From: Octopus vulgaris
Lineage: Eukaryota
DNA length: 64,000 nt
NCBI GenBank assembly: GCA_951406725.2
Contig: OX597818.1
Coordinates: forward strand, 120,280,001 to 120,344,000
Direction: 5' to 3'
The translations under genes and the position numbers were made by a program. Below are positions 1-13,363 of the stretch, piece by piece. Under the pieces are notes generated by a model. That model was not told where the DNA came from. It saw only the letters and a list, made by a program, of their open reading frames with translations, and made no database searches. Numbering within the stretch: position 1 is the first letter of the stretch; every line of letters begins with the position of its first letter.

Positions 1-1352
1 CACCATGCAATTGAATCTGAAACCAGGGATTTATAATATGTGTTTTTTAGCCACATTCATATGTATGTATTTGACGGCATCTATGCAGTTTTCGTCTACC
101 AAATTCAATGAAAAGGTATTTGGCTGATTTGGGCCTGTATTAGAAGACACTTGCCTAAGCTGTAGCACCAGGCGATTGTATCCGAAAGTAGGAGATTCAA
201 AAAAGTGCTTCTCAGCCACATTCATATATATGTATTAGACGTGTTTCTATGCAGTGTTCTTCTACGAAATTCAATGAAAAGTTTTTTTGCTGATCTGGGC
301 CTGTATTAGAAGACACCTGCCCAAGTTTCAGCAACATGCGATTGAATCCGAAACCATGGTATTACAAAAGGAGCTTCTTAGCCATATTCATATATATGTA
401 TTAGACGTGTTTCTATGCAGTTTTCTTCTACGAAATTCAATGAAGAGTTATTTGTCTTTTCTGGGCCTGTATTAGAAGTCACTTGCCCAAGCTGCAACAC
501 GATGCAATTGAATCTGAAACCAGGAATTTACAATATGTGTTTATTAGCCACATCCATATATATGTATTAGACTGGCTTCTATGCAGTTTTCCTCTACCAA
601 AATCAATGAAAAAGTTATTTTGCTGATCTGGGCCTGTATTAGAAGACACCTGCCTTATTTGCAGCAGCATGCGATTGAATCCGAAACCAGGGTACTGGAA
701 AAGAAGCTTCTTAGCCACATTCATATATACGTATTAGACGTGTTTCTATGCAGTTTTCGTCTAGCACGCTCGATGAATATTTATTTGTCTGATCTGGGCC
801 TGTATTAGAATTCACTTCCCCAAGCTGCAACACGATGCAATTGAATCCGAAACAAAAGGATTAAAAAAAGGAGCTTCTTAGCCACATCCATATATATGTA
901 TTAGACTGGCTTCTATGCAGTTTTCTTGTACCAAAATCAATGAAAACTTATTTAGCTGATCTGGGCCTGTATTAGAAGACACTTGCCCAAGCTGCAGCAC
1001 CATGCAATTGAATCTGAAACCGGGGGATTAAAAATGGGGCTTCTTAGCCACATTCATATATATGTATTCGACGGGTTTCTATGCAGTTTTCTTGTATCAA
1101 AATCAATGAAAACGTATTTTGCTGATCTGGGCCTGTATTAGAAGACACTTGCCCAAGCTGCAGCGCTATGCAATTGTTCTTAGCCACATGCATATATATG
1201 TATTAGACTGGCTTCTACGCAGGTTTCTTCTACCAAATCAAGTAAAAGTTATTTGGCTCATATGGGCCTGTATTAGAAGACACTTGCTCAAGCTACAACA
1301 CCATGCGTTTGAATCCGGAAGCAGGGGATTACAAAAGGAGCTTCTTAACCAC
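1..1352. repeat. Tandem satellite, ~166-bp unit, about 8 copies, runs off the window start; unit homologous to the head of SINE family A
   Basis: Anchor TAGAAGACAC (or close variant) recurs at 141, 307, 473, 640, 806, 973, 1139 and 1274: spacing 166-167, with one 135-bp deleted unit. Confidence 0.95.
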
Positions 1353-1980
1353 ATGTTGCTGTTGTAGCTATAATCATTTTTTTACATAGTACATGAGATC
1401 TTCGACATATGTATAGTGAAGAGCCAGTAATTTTGCATTTATGATACCCAAGTCCTTAATAGCCAAGCAGATCATATGTAATAAAGCAACGGCAAAGAAA
1501 TAACGAGCAATTTGTAAAAGCAATGCAATGAACGTTGTGGAGGGAAGAGAAAGAAAGGCAACGGCTTTTCGAGCGGTAGTCCTTTGTCAAGAGAGAAAGA
1601 GGGAGGCAGGGGGAAAATAGAAAGGGAAAACGAAAAAAAAAAACGCAATTCTTATTCACCCTGCTGGAATGACCGACAGAAAGTCGAGGAGTGAAGTTGA
1701 TTGGTTTGTTTGCTGTAATTTATATTTACTTACATATCATTTTACCACACTGAAATAGATTTAACTCGGATTACTTCTGACTTTTTTATTACTGTTTTTA
1801 TACACTTCTGTCACACTATCAATTTTCTCTCTCTTTCTCTCTCTACGCGCACGCACACACACAACACACAGACACACATACACACACACACACTGTCTCT
1901 CTCCTTACTCTCTTTGTTACTCTCACTGTCCTTCGTTCATTCACTCTCGGCCTCTTTCTTTCTCTTACCTCCTCTCTGTG

Positions 1981-2402
1981 CTTTTCTTTTACTTCTTTTA
2001 CTCTTTTACTTGTTTCAGTCATTTGACTGTGCCATGCTGGAGCACCACCTTTAGTCGAGCAAATCGACCCCAGAACTTATTCTTTGTAAGCCTAGTACTT
2101 ATTCTATCGGTGTGTTTTGCCGAACCGCTAAGTTACACGGACGTAAACACACCAACATCGGTTGTCAAGCGATGTTGGGGGAGGGGGACAAACACAGACA
2201 CACACACACAAACACACACACACATACATACATATATACGATGGGCTTCTTTCAGTTTCCGTCAACCAAATCCACTCACAAGGCTTTGGTCGGCCCGAGG
2301 CTATAGTAGAAGACACTTGCCCAAGGTGCCACGCAGTGGGACTGAACCCAGAACCATGTGGTTCGTAAGCAAGCTTCTTACCACACAGCCACTCCTACGT
2401 CT
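1981..2402 (-). mobile_element. SINE family A (tRNA-like head, CORE-like ACCTTGGGCAAGT, internal CA/TA microsatellite, short-repeat AAGAGTA tail), full length
   Basis: Collinear with about 20 other copies in the window; B-box-like GGTTCAGTCCC on the minus strand. Confidence 0.9.
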
Positions 2403-2673
2403 ACTTATTTATAATTGAGCATCACAAGACATATGATGGAACGTAAGCAAGTAAGAACGCATCGTCGCTATCATAACCGTCGTTGGTTTGCTAGCTCCAT
2501 TAAGGCTTCCCCGAGCAGACCGATGACCAAAAGAGTTCCTGCCATGACCACTTCATCTATTTTATTTATCATGGTTTATATTATTCAATATGTCCTTTCC
2601 TTATTTACAACATTACAGTCTGATCTGAGGGAAGTTAAACAACAACGTAGAGACTACTTTCATTATCGGATGT

Positions 2674-2731
<58 letters not shown>

Positions 2732-2804
2732 TATGCGTGCGTGCATGTGTGGTGGGAATAGAGGCAAATACTGTTTCTGATCTCTATAACAGTTTGGATA
2801 TTCT

Positions 2805-3370
2805 TTTAGTATTTTACTTGTTTCAGTCATTTGACAGCAGCCGTGGTGCTTATTCTATCGCAACTCTTTTGCCGAACCGCTAAGTTACAGGGACGTAAAG
2901 AAACCGACATCGATTGTCAAAAGGGACGGGAACAAACATAGACGCGCACGCGCGCACACACACACATACACACGTACACACACACATATATTAAGGGGTT
3001 TTCACACAGTTTCCTGTTTCTTTATTATCCACAAGGTGCTAAACATAGAGGGGACAAACAAGGACAGACAAATGGATAAAGTCGATTACATCGACACCGG
3101 TGCGTAACTGGTACTTAATTTATCGACCCCCGAAAGGATGAAAGGCAAAGTCGACCTCGGTGGAATTTGAACACAGAACATAACGCTAAGCATTTCGCCC
3201 GGCGTGCTAACGTTTCTGCCAGCTCGCCGCCAGTTTCCGTCAATCAAATTAATTCACAGGGCATTAGTCGGTGCGGGACGATAGTACAAGACACTTGACC
3301 CTGGTACCACGCAGTGAGACTGAACCCAACAACAAGGGACTGCAAATCAAGCTTCATAACCACACAGTCA
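2805..3370 (-). mobile_element. Older SINE A copy with a SINE B copy inserted at ~3015-3231
   Basis: Family A sequence is interrupted after CAGTTTCC and resumes with CAGTTTCCGT after the family B insert. Confidence 0.8.
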
Positions 3371-3779
3371 AATAGACAATTTTCTGATTTGTTTGTTTGT
3401 TTGTTGTCTATCTGCCATGTTTGTGTTTATCTCATAGGTTGGCTATTTCTGTTGAGTAGTGGGTTTTTTTAAAATATTCTTTGTTATCGTGTAGCATTTA
3501 GGATTCAGTTTGTTGTTGATGTTGTGGTTGAAGTATAGGTACTTCTGCACTTATTTTGAGTGTATGGACTGAAGTGTCAATTGCTATTGCTGAATTCTGT
3601 AAAATTCTATTGTCTTTTTGTGGAAGTGTTTCAGCTGAATTTTATTATAATTTTTTAAATTTATACAAATGTTCTTTTATTTTATTTTCCTTCAGTTCAG
3701 TTGTTGTATATATTGTGAAAGACAATATTAGTTGAAAGACAGCTTAAGGGCTGAGAGCAATACGGTTATAGAAGCTAGA

Positions 3780-4012
3780 AGGCGGCGAGCTGGCAGAATC
3801 GTTAGCACGCCGGGCAAAATGCTTTGCGGTATTTCGTCTGCCGTTACGTTCTGAGTTCAAATTCTGCCGAAGTAGACTTTGCCTTTCATCCTTTCGGGGT
3901 CGTTTAAATAGGTACCAGTTACGCACTAGGGTCGATATAATCGACTTTATTCGTGTGTCTGTCCTTGTTTGTCCTCTTGGTGTTTAACGCCTTGTGGGTA
4001 GTAAAGAAATAC
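3780..4012 (+). mobile_element. SINE family B (head GGCGGCGAGCTGGCAGAA, central GTCGACTTTGCCTTTCATCCTTTCGGGGTCGA resembling the MetaSINE domain)
   Basis: A-box/B-box-like head (TGGCAGAATCG, GAGTTCAAATT); many near-identical copies in the window; the Meta-domain label is from memory. Confidence 0.85.
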
Positions 4013-4372
4013 GAAATAATCTTAAAACTTCGGAATTCTTCGTGGAGATAACAGGACAGCCTTGGACATGTAATTCTGCTTCAATAGACGTCATCAACAC
4101 AATTATCCCACCTTAGTTCCAGTAGCCAATGGAATTAGATCAAAAGAGAGTAGAACATGCTTCTGGCCTAGATAATTTCCATAATTTAAATAAGCGTAAG
4201 ATAAGATAAATAAGTCAGAGTGGTCAGAGGCATATATTTGAACAACAAATAAATGCTGGTACATGAATATCAAAAACCATAAAACTTAAGTTTTTGATTT
4301 ATCAACATTATCTTCGCCGCTAGAGGATGACGCCGCTAGAGGATGACGCCGCTAGAATTAGGTCTTCTTGAG

Positions 4373-4732
4373 CCGGAAATTGCCGGGTCATAGTGCTAGT
4401 GCATGCATATACAGCTGCGTGAGTGCGCACATACACGCGAGTACTGTCCAAATCTCCGACCAATCACATACAGTTAGCTGGCATTCATTTGGCGTATCAA
4501 GTTTCGGGCATTTTGACTGGGTTTTGGATAGAAAATTCACAAAAAAGTAACTTCTATTGATTTTTTAATGGCTTTGTGGGGTGACTGGGGAAATGTAAAG
4601 ATGTGCACGACCATCCTTGGACGGTTTTGAATGACCATAGAAAGTGCGAGCCCGCTAACTAAAAAATTGTGGATTTGTATATAGGGTACATACACAGACA
4701 GACAGACATTTTGCCGTTTATATATAGAGAGA
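4373..4732 (-). mobile_element. Non-autonomous Helitron-like element
   Basis: Minus-strand 5' end TCTCTATATATAAACGGCAAAATG; body matches the 25890-26257 copy in opposite orientation. Confidence 0.7.
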
Positions 4733-5164
4733 TACTTGCATACAAGCATCCATGCATACATACATACATGCATATATACATGCATACAACCACACACACG
4801 TTAAGTTGAACTTAATGATTGCTTTTGATATTAATACTGCTTCTGCCACAATCAGTTATTTTGTAACAAGCCTGATGGCTATTTGCGACAGTGCCTTCTG
4901 AAAAGACACTGAAATTCTATATACTGATGATAATGAGAGTTAGCTGGACGTCTGCTACTGAGGAACCAAAAACTGGGCGAAATCATGTGATCTGGCAGTT
5001 CAGTCGGCTGTAGCAGACGATTCTCGTCTGCCAATAATATAAATACGAGTGCTTTTATGCACCGCGAATTCATATGAGAGGTTCTCTCTAGGTAAATATC
5101 ACAGTATTCGATGTCCTAACAAAACAACCACTTTAAGTTGGGCATAAAGAATGGCATATACATA

Positions 5165-5216
<52 letters not shown>

Positions 5217-5445
5217 GTGCCATCCTGCGTCTGCCCACTTCCTTATAAACTACGTTAGTGGTTGCTTGTGGTATTAGTGGTGGTGTTGCCACTGTGTGGG
5301 ATAAAAGTGAAAAGTTATATTAGTTCCACACTAGTTATTAATGCTGCCACTGTGATGGAAATAAGTCAAATAAGCTATGTTTGGTATATCAGTCAACAAT
5401 AGCTATTAATGTTACCATTGTGATAGAAATAAGTCAAATCAACTA

Positions 5446-5510
<65 letters not shown>

Positions 5511-5513
5511 ATG

Positions 5514-5607
<94 letters not shown>

Positions 5608-5609
5608 CA

Positions 5610-5645
<36 letters not shown>

Positions 5646-6593
5646 TATTTGTGTGTATTTATTTATGTATGTATGTATATGTTATAATATCAGTACTCAC
5701 TAGTTCCAAAAATCTATATTGGTTTGATGAGGGGAAAAATCTATTTCGGCAGATTTATCAAACCAGATCGAATTGGCATCAATTTTATTGGCCTGTAGCC
5801 ACAAAATGTTGTATATTTCCTCCGCTGGTGCTATTGTTAGTGCATTAAATGCATGCTATGCAAGACTATTCCGTTAACTATCACAAAAAAATAGAGTTTA
5901 GCCTTGTGCAACCAAGCGTGGCGAAACATTTCTATTATAAACTTTATATTATATTTATTTTACATCATTTCAAAATGTCGGTAAATGTATTTTACATACA
6001 TCCCGCCTAGTAATTTGCTTCTTGTATATGTTTTGTTGTTGGTCTTGTAGTCTAATTTTGGTTAGTTCTGATGAAGCAGGTCTATGATTCCAGGCCTTCC
6101 AATCATGACCATCCTATGTTAAAGATTTTATATGTGCATTTGTGTGCATGTGTGTGTGTGTGTATGTGTTAATTGACGTCATAAGAAGTGCATAAATGTT
6201 CGAGAGAACATGAATAATTTTATTTTGGAAGATTGGACCTCGAAGTACATCATATAAAGCTATAGATAATGGTTTCATTTTTGGCACAGGGCCAACAGCT
6301 TTTGAGGGGAGTGGGAAGTCGATTCATTGATCTCACTACTTGATTTATACTTATTTTATCAATTCTGAGACGATGAAAGACTAAGTCGACGTCGGCAGAA
6401 TTTGAACTCAGAACGTAAAGTTAGACGAAATACCGCTAAGCATTTTGACCAGCGTGCTAATGATTCTGCGAGCTGGCTGGTCGAATTTGCTTTCATCTTT
6501 TCGTGATCGATAGAATTAATACCAGTCAAGTACTGGTATCGATGTAATCGACCTCGCCCACTGATCCTATACCAAAATTTGAAAGCTATAATT

Positions 6594-6882
6594 CAGTGGT
6601 TCTCAAAGTGGGCGGTATTGCCCCTTTTAGGGCAGTAAAAAGATCTAGTGGCGAGGGATATTGAGGACAGGTGGGGCTATAATGGGGTGAACAAAGGGAG
6701 TTATTTATGTAAAAAAAAACAAACAAATAATGGGTTAATTAGGTTTAGTTCTATTTGTGGAATACAGATCTTTTGAATTTGCTGTAGAAAGTGGTCTGTG
6801 TTTATGGCGGTGAGGGATGTGACGCTAGGAATGTGACCTTGGAGCCAAGGGGGCAGTTGCCTGAAACGTCTGGGAACCATTG
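6594..6882. mobile_element. hAT/Charlie-type MITE
   Basis: Ends CAGTGGTTCTCAA and TGGGAACCATTG form imperfect TIRs; flanks CTATAATT / CTATTAAT resemble a decayed 8-bp TSD. Confidence 0.7.
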
Positions 6883-6949
6883 CTATTAATATTGGGTTGA
6901 AATACCGTTTTGGATAGAAAATGCAGAAAGCTGTTATTTATAGCTTTTT

Positions 6950-7280
6950 GTGATGTGCTTCGAGGTAGAATGTTCCAAAATATTACTTGCTGCTTCTGGT
7001 AGCGAAAATGCAGCCACTTTCAAGTCAACCAGGTTATCTTTTGTTTCTGATGCTACAAGCAGAGACAGCAGAGGTCTGCAACGACCATTAATAGTCAACC
7101 CCTGGACGGAGAAAGATCCAGCTCTGTTTTTTTTTTAAAGTCCATAATCAGAATAAGTAGCGACTGACTTCTTTTTATCAGAAGACATCATCTCTTTAAC
7201 AATTCCGTCCAATAGCAGGAGTTCAATACTTTTACCAGCCTCTCGAATGTTACAGGGTGCAGGTAAAATATCTAGATCAA
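6950..7280 (-). pseudogene. Decayed fragment of a second, non-Charlie DDE-type transposase-like ORF
   Basis: Minus strand reads DLDILPAPCNIREAGKSIELLLLDGIVKEMMSSDKKKSVATYSDYG, then after a stop/frameshift AGSFSVQGLTINGRCRPLLSLLVASETKDNLVDLK; protein-like and reminiscent of invertebrate transposase-like proteins, family not assignable by eye. Confidence 0.45.
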
Positions 7281-7775
7281 ATTAATTTCTTTAAGTTTGA
7301 AATATAAATATGCTACGTCACTTTTAAACATCTATATATCGCATTAAAATATCTTTGGTTTTACCAAAATGCCAAACTATCCCTCAAAATACTATAAAAG
7401 CCATTCAGACAAGCTGTAGTGTAGAATAGCCAGCGATTAGATTCGTCATTGTTTTTGTTCGTACACATCTCTGCAGAATAGTTTGTCATTAAGAAATTTG
7501 TTTCTGATTTTATTAATTATCATAATCATGTATTGTAATAAGTGATGTAAATGTTATCGATAAATCACGCAATGCGCCGCAAATTTCTTTTAGGCACTTA
7601 TTTTTTGTAGGAGTGGCTGTGTGGTAAGTAGCTTGCTTACCAACCACATGGTTCCGGGTTCATTCCCACTGCGTGGCACCTTGGACAAGTGTCTTCTACT
7701 ATAGCCTCGAGCCGACCAAAGCCTTGTAAGTGGATTTGGTAGACGGAAACTAAAAGAAGCCCGTCGTATATATGC

Positions 7776-7809
<34 letters not shown>

Positions 7810-8560
7810 CTATATGTTTGTGTGTCTGTGTTTGTACCCCCAACACCGCTTGACAACCGATGCTGGTGTTTTTACGTCCCCGTAACTTAGCGGTTCGGCA
7901 AAAGAGACCGATAGAATAAGTACTAAGCTTACAAAGAATAAGTCCTGGGATCGATTTGCTCGACCAAAGGCAGTGCTCCAGCATGGCCACAGTTACATGA
8001 CTGAAACAAATAAAAGTAAAAGTAAAAGTAATGGATCCACAGAGTGGCAACTCACTGTCGACAGAGCCCCATCACTTACAGCTGTCGTTTATATTTATAA
8101 TAGGAATTTCTTTTTCTTTAAAATGTCTTCCACAAGAAATATCGATCCTCTGTTAGTATATGTTACCAAATGTCTAGCAAATAATAACGCTTGAGTTATT
8201 TTTTCTTTTATAAACCGAATGTAAGCTAACAATAAAGCTACAGTCCTTGGTAGATTTGATTCATCTTGTTATAATGAAAACCAGGCAGACCTCATGAAAT
8301 TGAATATGTTTTCCTCATCCTTGTTTTATTTTGTCACTCTGTTGTGTTTGTGCTCAAAGGAATTTTCTTGATTATGTCAATTGCTATTTTGTGCAAAAAT
8401 GAGACGAAGAATTTCACTTCCAGCTGGTAAGATCAATTATTTGCCAATAGTGAGTGGCTTTCCAGATTTGGTAATCAGCAATACATTTTTTAATATACAC
8501 GTAACCCATCATTTTCTTGTATTTATACGGAATATGACAACGGCTGTTACTACAAAATTG
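7281..8560 (-). pseudogene. hAT (Charlie/Buster, ZBED8/SCAND3-like) transposase remnant, interrupted by SINE A at 7607-8031
   Basis: Collinear minus-strand motifs LLITKSGKPLTIGK*LILPA, IIKKIPLS, DESNLP..ALLLAYIRF, LLFARHL, SDGA, HCVIYR*HL (decayed CxxH), INKIRNKFLNDKLF, KSDVAYL; many stops and frameshifts. Confidence 0.85.
7607..8031 (+). mobile_element. SINE family A, full length
   Basis: GTAGGAGTGGCTGTGTGGTAAG head through AAAAGT tail. Confidence 0.9.
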
Positions 8561-9076
8561 GTCTCCGAGCGCTTTATTTTATTTTGTTAAGATAAATTTT
8601 TTATTTGTTATGTAATATTAACTTTATTCAAGTGCTCTTCTAATATTGGAAATTTCACTGATCCAATGGAAAACATTTTCCCAGGTCAGGTACATCTGTA
8701 TTCGTTTGTTTACAAATGATGGAGTGAAGCTATACTTTTAATATTTGATACCGTACCACTGATATTTCTTCTTTGGTTCAGCAATGTATATGGCTATAAA
8801 AATACATCATTATTCTTTTACTTGTTCCTGTCATTTGACAGGAGCACTGCCTTAAAGGGTTTTAGTCGAAGAAACCGACCCCAGGACTTATTCTTTGTAA
8901 GCCTAGTATTTATTCTATCGGCTCTTTTGCCGAACCGCTATGTTACAGAAACATAATCAAACTAGCATCAGTTGTCATGTGATAGTGGGGGGGGGTAGCA
9001 AACACAGACACACACGTAAACACACACACACACACACACTCATATATATATGCGTGTGTGTGTGTGTGTGTGTGTG

Positions 9077-9218
9077 TATATTAAAAATGGGGAAGGTCGG
9101 TTTATGGGATTACCAAAGGTATTGGGCCAACGGATATTGGGATCTGACGATACACCATCAAGCTAAACCCTTTATGGGCAGGAAACCCCATAAACCGGCC
9201 TTCCCCATTTCTAATATA
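9077..9218. mobile_element. ~140-bp foldback MITE at a TA site, between two oppositely oriented SINE A fragments (~8812-9075 minus, ~9240-9585 plus)
   Basis: TATATTAAAAATGGGGAAGGTCGGTTTATGGG pairs with CCCATAAACCGGCCTTCCCCATTTCTAATATA. Confidence 0.7.
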
Positions 9219-10002
9219 TACTGCTCTTTAAGAGTGAGCTTCTTCTTTGGCCAAGTGTCTTCTACTGTAGCTCCGTAACGTCCAATGCCGTATGAGTGAA
9301 TTTGATAGGCAGAAACTGTGTGAAAACCCGCCTTATGCATGTATAAATCTGTGTCTGTCTGTGTGTATCTATGTTTGTCCCTAACCACAGCTTGACAACC
9401 GATGTTGCTTTGTTAACGTCCTCGTAACTTAGCGGTTCGGCAACAGGTTGCGATAGACTAAGTAGCAGATTAAAAAAAAAACACAATCACTAGGATCGAT
9501 TTGTTCGACGAAAACCTTTTAGGGCAGTGCCCCAGCATGGCCACAGTTCAATGACTGAAATAATTAAAAAGTAAACGATAAAAAAAATCGTGACTTTGTA
9601 GCAAGCATTATTTATGATCACCTATCGTGATAATACAACATCAAATGGTATTTCAGAACCCTTCTATCACGAGATATTTGTTTATCTTACAATATGTGCG
9701 TATGTTACTTTCTGTAAATTGGCATTGTTACGGAAAATAAATTCTATTCGTTTCTGATCTGAGATTAATATAAATTTTCAGACCAACAAAAAAGTGTCGT
9801 TCTTTTCGATTATGCTATACAATTATCATGTACGTATCTTATTTTAGCTGCGGTGTAATGCTCTTGATAAATATATAGGATGGCCGACTTTTGAAAATAT
9901 TCCTGGTATAGCATTTTGACTTACATTACTTTGTTACGATAACTTCTTTTGTGACATCATAATTCTGGATCACTGGCTTTGAAACACACATCAGTTTTAT
10001 AC

Positions 10003-10222
10003 CTATTTCTATTTCTTTACTACCCACAAGGGGCTAAACACAGAGAGGACAAACAAGGACAGACAAACAGATTAAGTCGTAACTGGTACTTATTTAATCG
10101 ACCCCGAAACGATGAAAGGCAAAGTCGACCTCGACGGAATTTGAACTCAGAACGCAGCGGCGGACGAAATACCACAAAACATTTCGCCCGACGTGCTAAC
10201 GATTCTGCCAGCTCGCCGCCTT
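10003..10222 (-). mobile_element. SINE family B
   Basis: Reverse complement of the family B consensus with an internal deletion. Confidence 0.85.
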
Positions 10223-11389
10223 AAACCATCAAACATCTTTTGTATTCGACTCCTGACGATGTGGGATCTGCGCAATGATCGATACATTTCCTATAGAAAT
10301 TAACAAGACATAAAAAAAAATTCTAATTGCTTCTTATCCCTTTGTAGTTTTACATCCATAATTATCACTACTAAGCAATTATCAGGTGATAAACTTCTTT
10401 TGTCAATCTGCAATATCACCAAACGAACAATTCATTAATCTCAAAGAGAGACAGTATGATTGACACCATGCCTGGAACTTTCCAGCCTTTTAATGATCTT
10501 ATCAACTCTGATATGTAGACTTGACTTCCAATAGTTTTAGCATACATACGCATATCATGTTGATAATTAGTAACATTAGCAATGTATTTCCAGCAACAGG
10601 ATTAATTGCTCTCTGAAGCATAGCACTAGCTCTTTTAATTCCATGTCTAGCTTAAAAGATCTATTGGTGTATTTATCGTTGTTAACTTCTCTTGCGTCGT
10701 AATATATTTCTATCTCTTTTAAATCTAATTTAGAAAAATAATTCACTCAAGGGAGAGAACGAAATATTAATTCTGTGTTTGGAATTGAATAAGAATCTGA
10801 ATAAATTGTTTCATTTACACATACTTTTACAGTCTTGACAAATTCTGGAGACTATAGCATACTTACACATAGGCTTACAGCTGTTTCAGATTTGCTTTGG
10901 GTTCAATATTTATGGCCGTCTGTTGAAGTTCACTTCACAACAACGTGGTTTTTGAATTCAGTCCCTCTGCGTGAAACCTTGGGCAAGTGAATTCTGCTAT
11001 GGTCCCAAGGCTACCAATATTTTGTATGAGAATTTAGTGAACAGGAACTGTGAATGTTCCTCTTATAAGTGTATGTAAACGTGTGTGCGTCTTAGTTTTA
11101 TGTTTGAATCCTGCCGCCACTACATGACAACTGGTATTGCTTGTTTAAGTTGCCGAATATTAGTAGTTTGGCACAAAGCGACCTATACAAGAAGTACCAA
11201 ATTTAAAATAAGTACTAGGGCTAATTTCGACATTCAACGCGATGTCCTAAAGAATAAATAACAAGCTTATCACACCTATATATGTTTAAAAACACTGGAT
11301 GGTAACCCCTGGAATGTTTTCGATCACTGATTTGCTCGATTAAGGTCGATTTAAGGTTCTGCAACAACGAACAAATTCTGGAAAATTAG

Positions 11390-11830
11390 CTCATTTTGCT
11401 ATTCCAACTTGCGTCACCGAGAGTTCTAACGAACGAAGGTAAGAATTGCTTTCTCACGGTTGTAGTAATAGCAAAAGAGGCAGTATGGAAGACTAGGGTA
11501 AAAGGAATTAAGACAGGCAACTTTATCTCTGGCCACAATTTACGATCTTTCTTTTCTTTTCATTTAAAAAGGAACCTGTGGCTGGAGAAGAAGTGTCTGT
11601 CGGAGTGTACGTTCCAAAAGAGATGGAAGCACGAGTGTTGGGCGTGCAAGGAACCGTGTGAATAGACTGGTCAAAAAGAAAATATAAAAAGGTACCAGCG
11701 GTAGATCGGGGCTTGTGGGGTCGGAACGTGACCTGATCATCGCTTCATTTGTATTGTCTTTTGTATTGTTTACTTTCATTCGATTTTTATATATTGTATT
11801 AAATTTCAAAACCATATTATATGTAAACTC
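11390..11830 (+). mobile_element. 3' fragment of an L1/Tx1-like LINE (ORF2 C-terminus plus 3' UTR)
   Basis: ORF 11396-11665 contains IAKEAVWKTR..FFSFHLKRNLWLEKKCLSECTFQKRW, resembling the Tx1/L1 C-terminus. Confidence 0.55.
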
Positions 11831-12442
11831 ATACCGTTTCACTGATCCCATCAGTTGTTTTGTCTAATTCTATGTTTGGCCCCTAGTGGGTAATAAAGAA
11901 ATCCAAAGTTATGAGCAACATTAAAATCTGACCAGATAATGTTTTCTAAACAAAATAAATAAATAAACAAATAAAAGAAAAGAAACATTATAAGTGTAAT
12001 GATTTACGATTAAGTTATTCATTTCCTAAGAACGGACGTCACTGACAAACACCTTCCGGAAGATTTATGCAAGTCTGCATTCATCGATCCAGCTTATGTC
12101 GAATAATTTACGAAGGGAAGTAAATCAGAGTTGCCATGAAATGTATTCTTCACAAACCGAGCGCATACTTGAATTGCATGAGATATGCAGAGAAAATATA
12201 CGTAAAATGAGAACATATGACCGAACTTCAGCTATTTACTGGTACTTTATTTCGAGAGAAAAGGGTTTTGTTTGCATAATATGAAGTACTTCCTAGAGAA
12301 ACTAAACCATAGAATGAACACATGCGCGTGCGCACAAACACATACACACATATCTATACATATTCTTACATAAATGCATAAACACACGCACAAATGTATG
12401 TATATACATACATACATACATACATACATACATACACACACG

Positions 12443-12480
<38 letters not shown>

Positions 12481-12720
12481 CCAAATATATACGTTTTATT
12501 TATTATTTTGCACATTACTTAATCATCGGTATATTATTGCTATTTTATATTTAATATTTCTATTATATGTAATTTTCTAGATGGTGTAATTTAATTGTTG
12601 TTTGAATTGATAAAAGGTGGGTTTTTTCTAATTTTTATATGTATATTGTATTTTGTGAAATTTGATTTAGTACTTTTAAATTGAATTTTTCCCTGTAAGT
12701 TAGGAATAATATTCCCTCAA

Positions 12721-12815
<95 letters not shown>

Positions 12816-12837
12816 TATTATTATTATTATTATTATT

Positions 12838-13290
12838 GATGAGAGCAGTTCATGCCATCAAAGTGACACTGGGGTAAAATATACGAAGCCAATATACCCA
12901 TCATGACTACCGTCTGATAAAGGTACACCAGGCACATGCATCACAACCATATGTGCGCGACATGGTGATCTCATATCAAGATAAACAGCACATGACCTTG
13001 CAGGTGGGCCCAGTTATTTTCTTCAGGTTGAGTAGCCCATCCCGCTCAAACGGTCCCTGAATAAGGGTTGTTTAAGGATGTTGAAAGAACCACCCATGTT
13101 TCCAGAGGTGAACTATTCAAACCTAAAGAATCCTCTCAACACATGGCTATGATGCTCCCCACTACTTCTGCTCGTGATCAGAGATGCACATATCGTCAGC
13201 CACTAAGGACATGCTCAACTGGTTAAGGTCAAACAACTGACAAGCAAATCTGTGGTATTGAGCAGAATATTTGCTGTAGCCCATCTTAAC
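12838..13290. mobile_element. Unclassified ~450-bp element embedded in an (ATT)n microsatellite
   Basis: Higher-GC block with sharp boundaries and (ATT)/(ATC) arrays on both sides; no ORF, no tRNA head. Confidence 0.55.
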
Positions 13291-13291
13291 A

Positions 13292-13363
<72 letters not shown>

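Noticed and set aside
1-1352. CRISPR-like regular repeat
   Set aside because: The whole unit is repeated with no unique spacers, and the context is eukaryotic
1978-2418. Recurrent ORFs such as RASFSFRLPNPLTRLWSARGYSRRHLPKVPRSGTEP and MRNWYLFNRPRKDERQS
   Set aside because: Chance reading frames of the SINE A and B consensus sequences, not genes
4315-4356. 16-bp tandem repeat CGCCGCTAGAGGATGA (about 2.5 copies)
   Set aside because: Too short to interpret; likely a local duplication near a Helitron end
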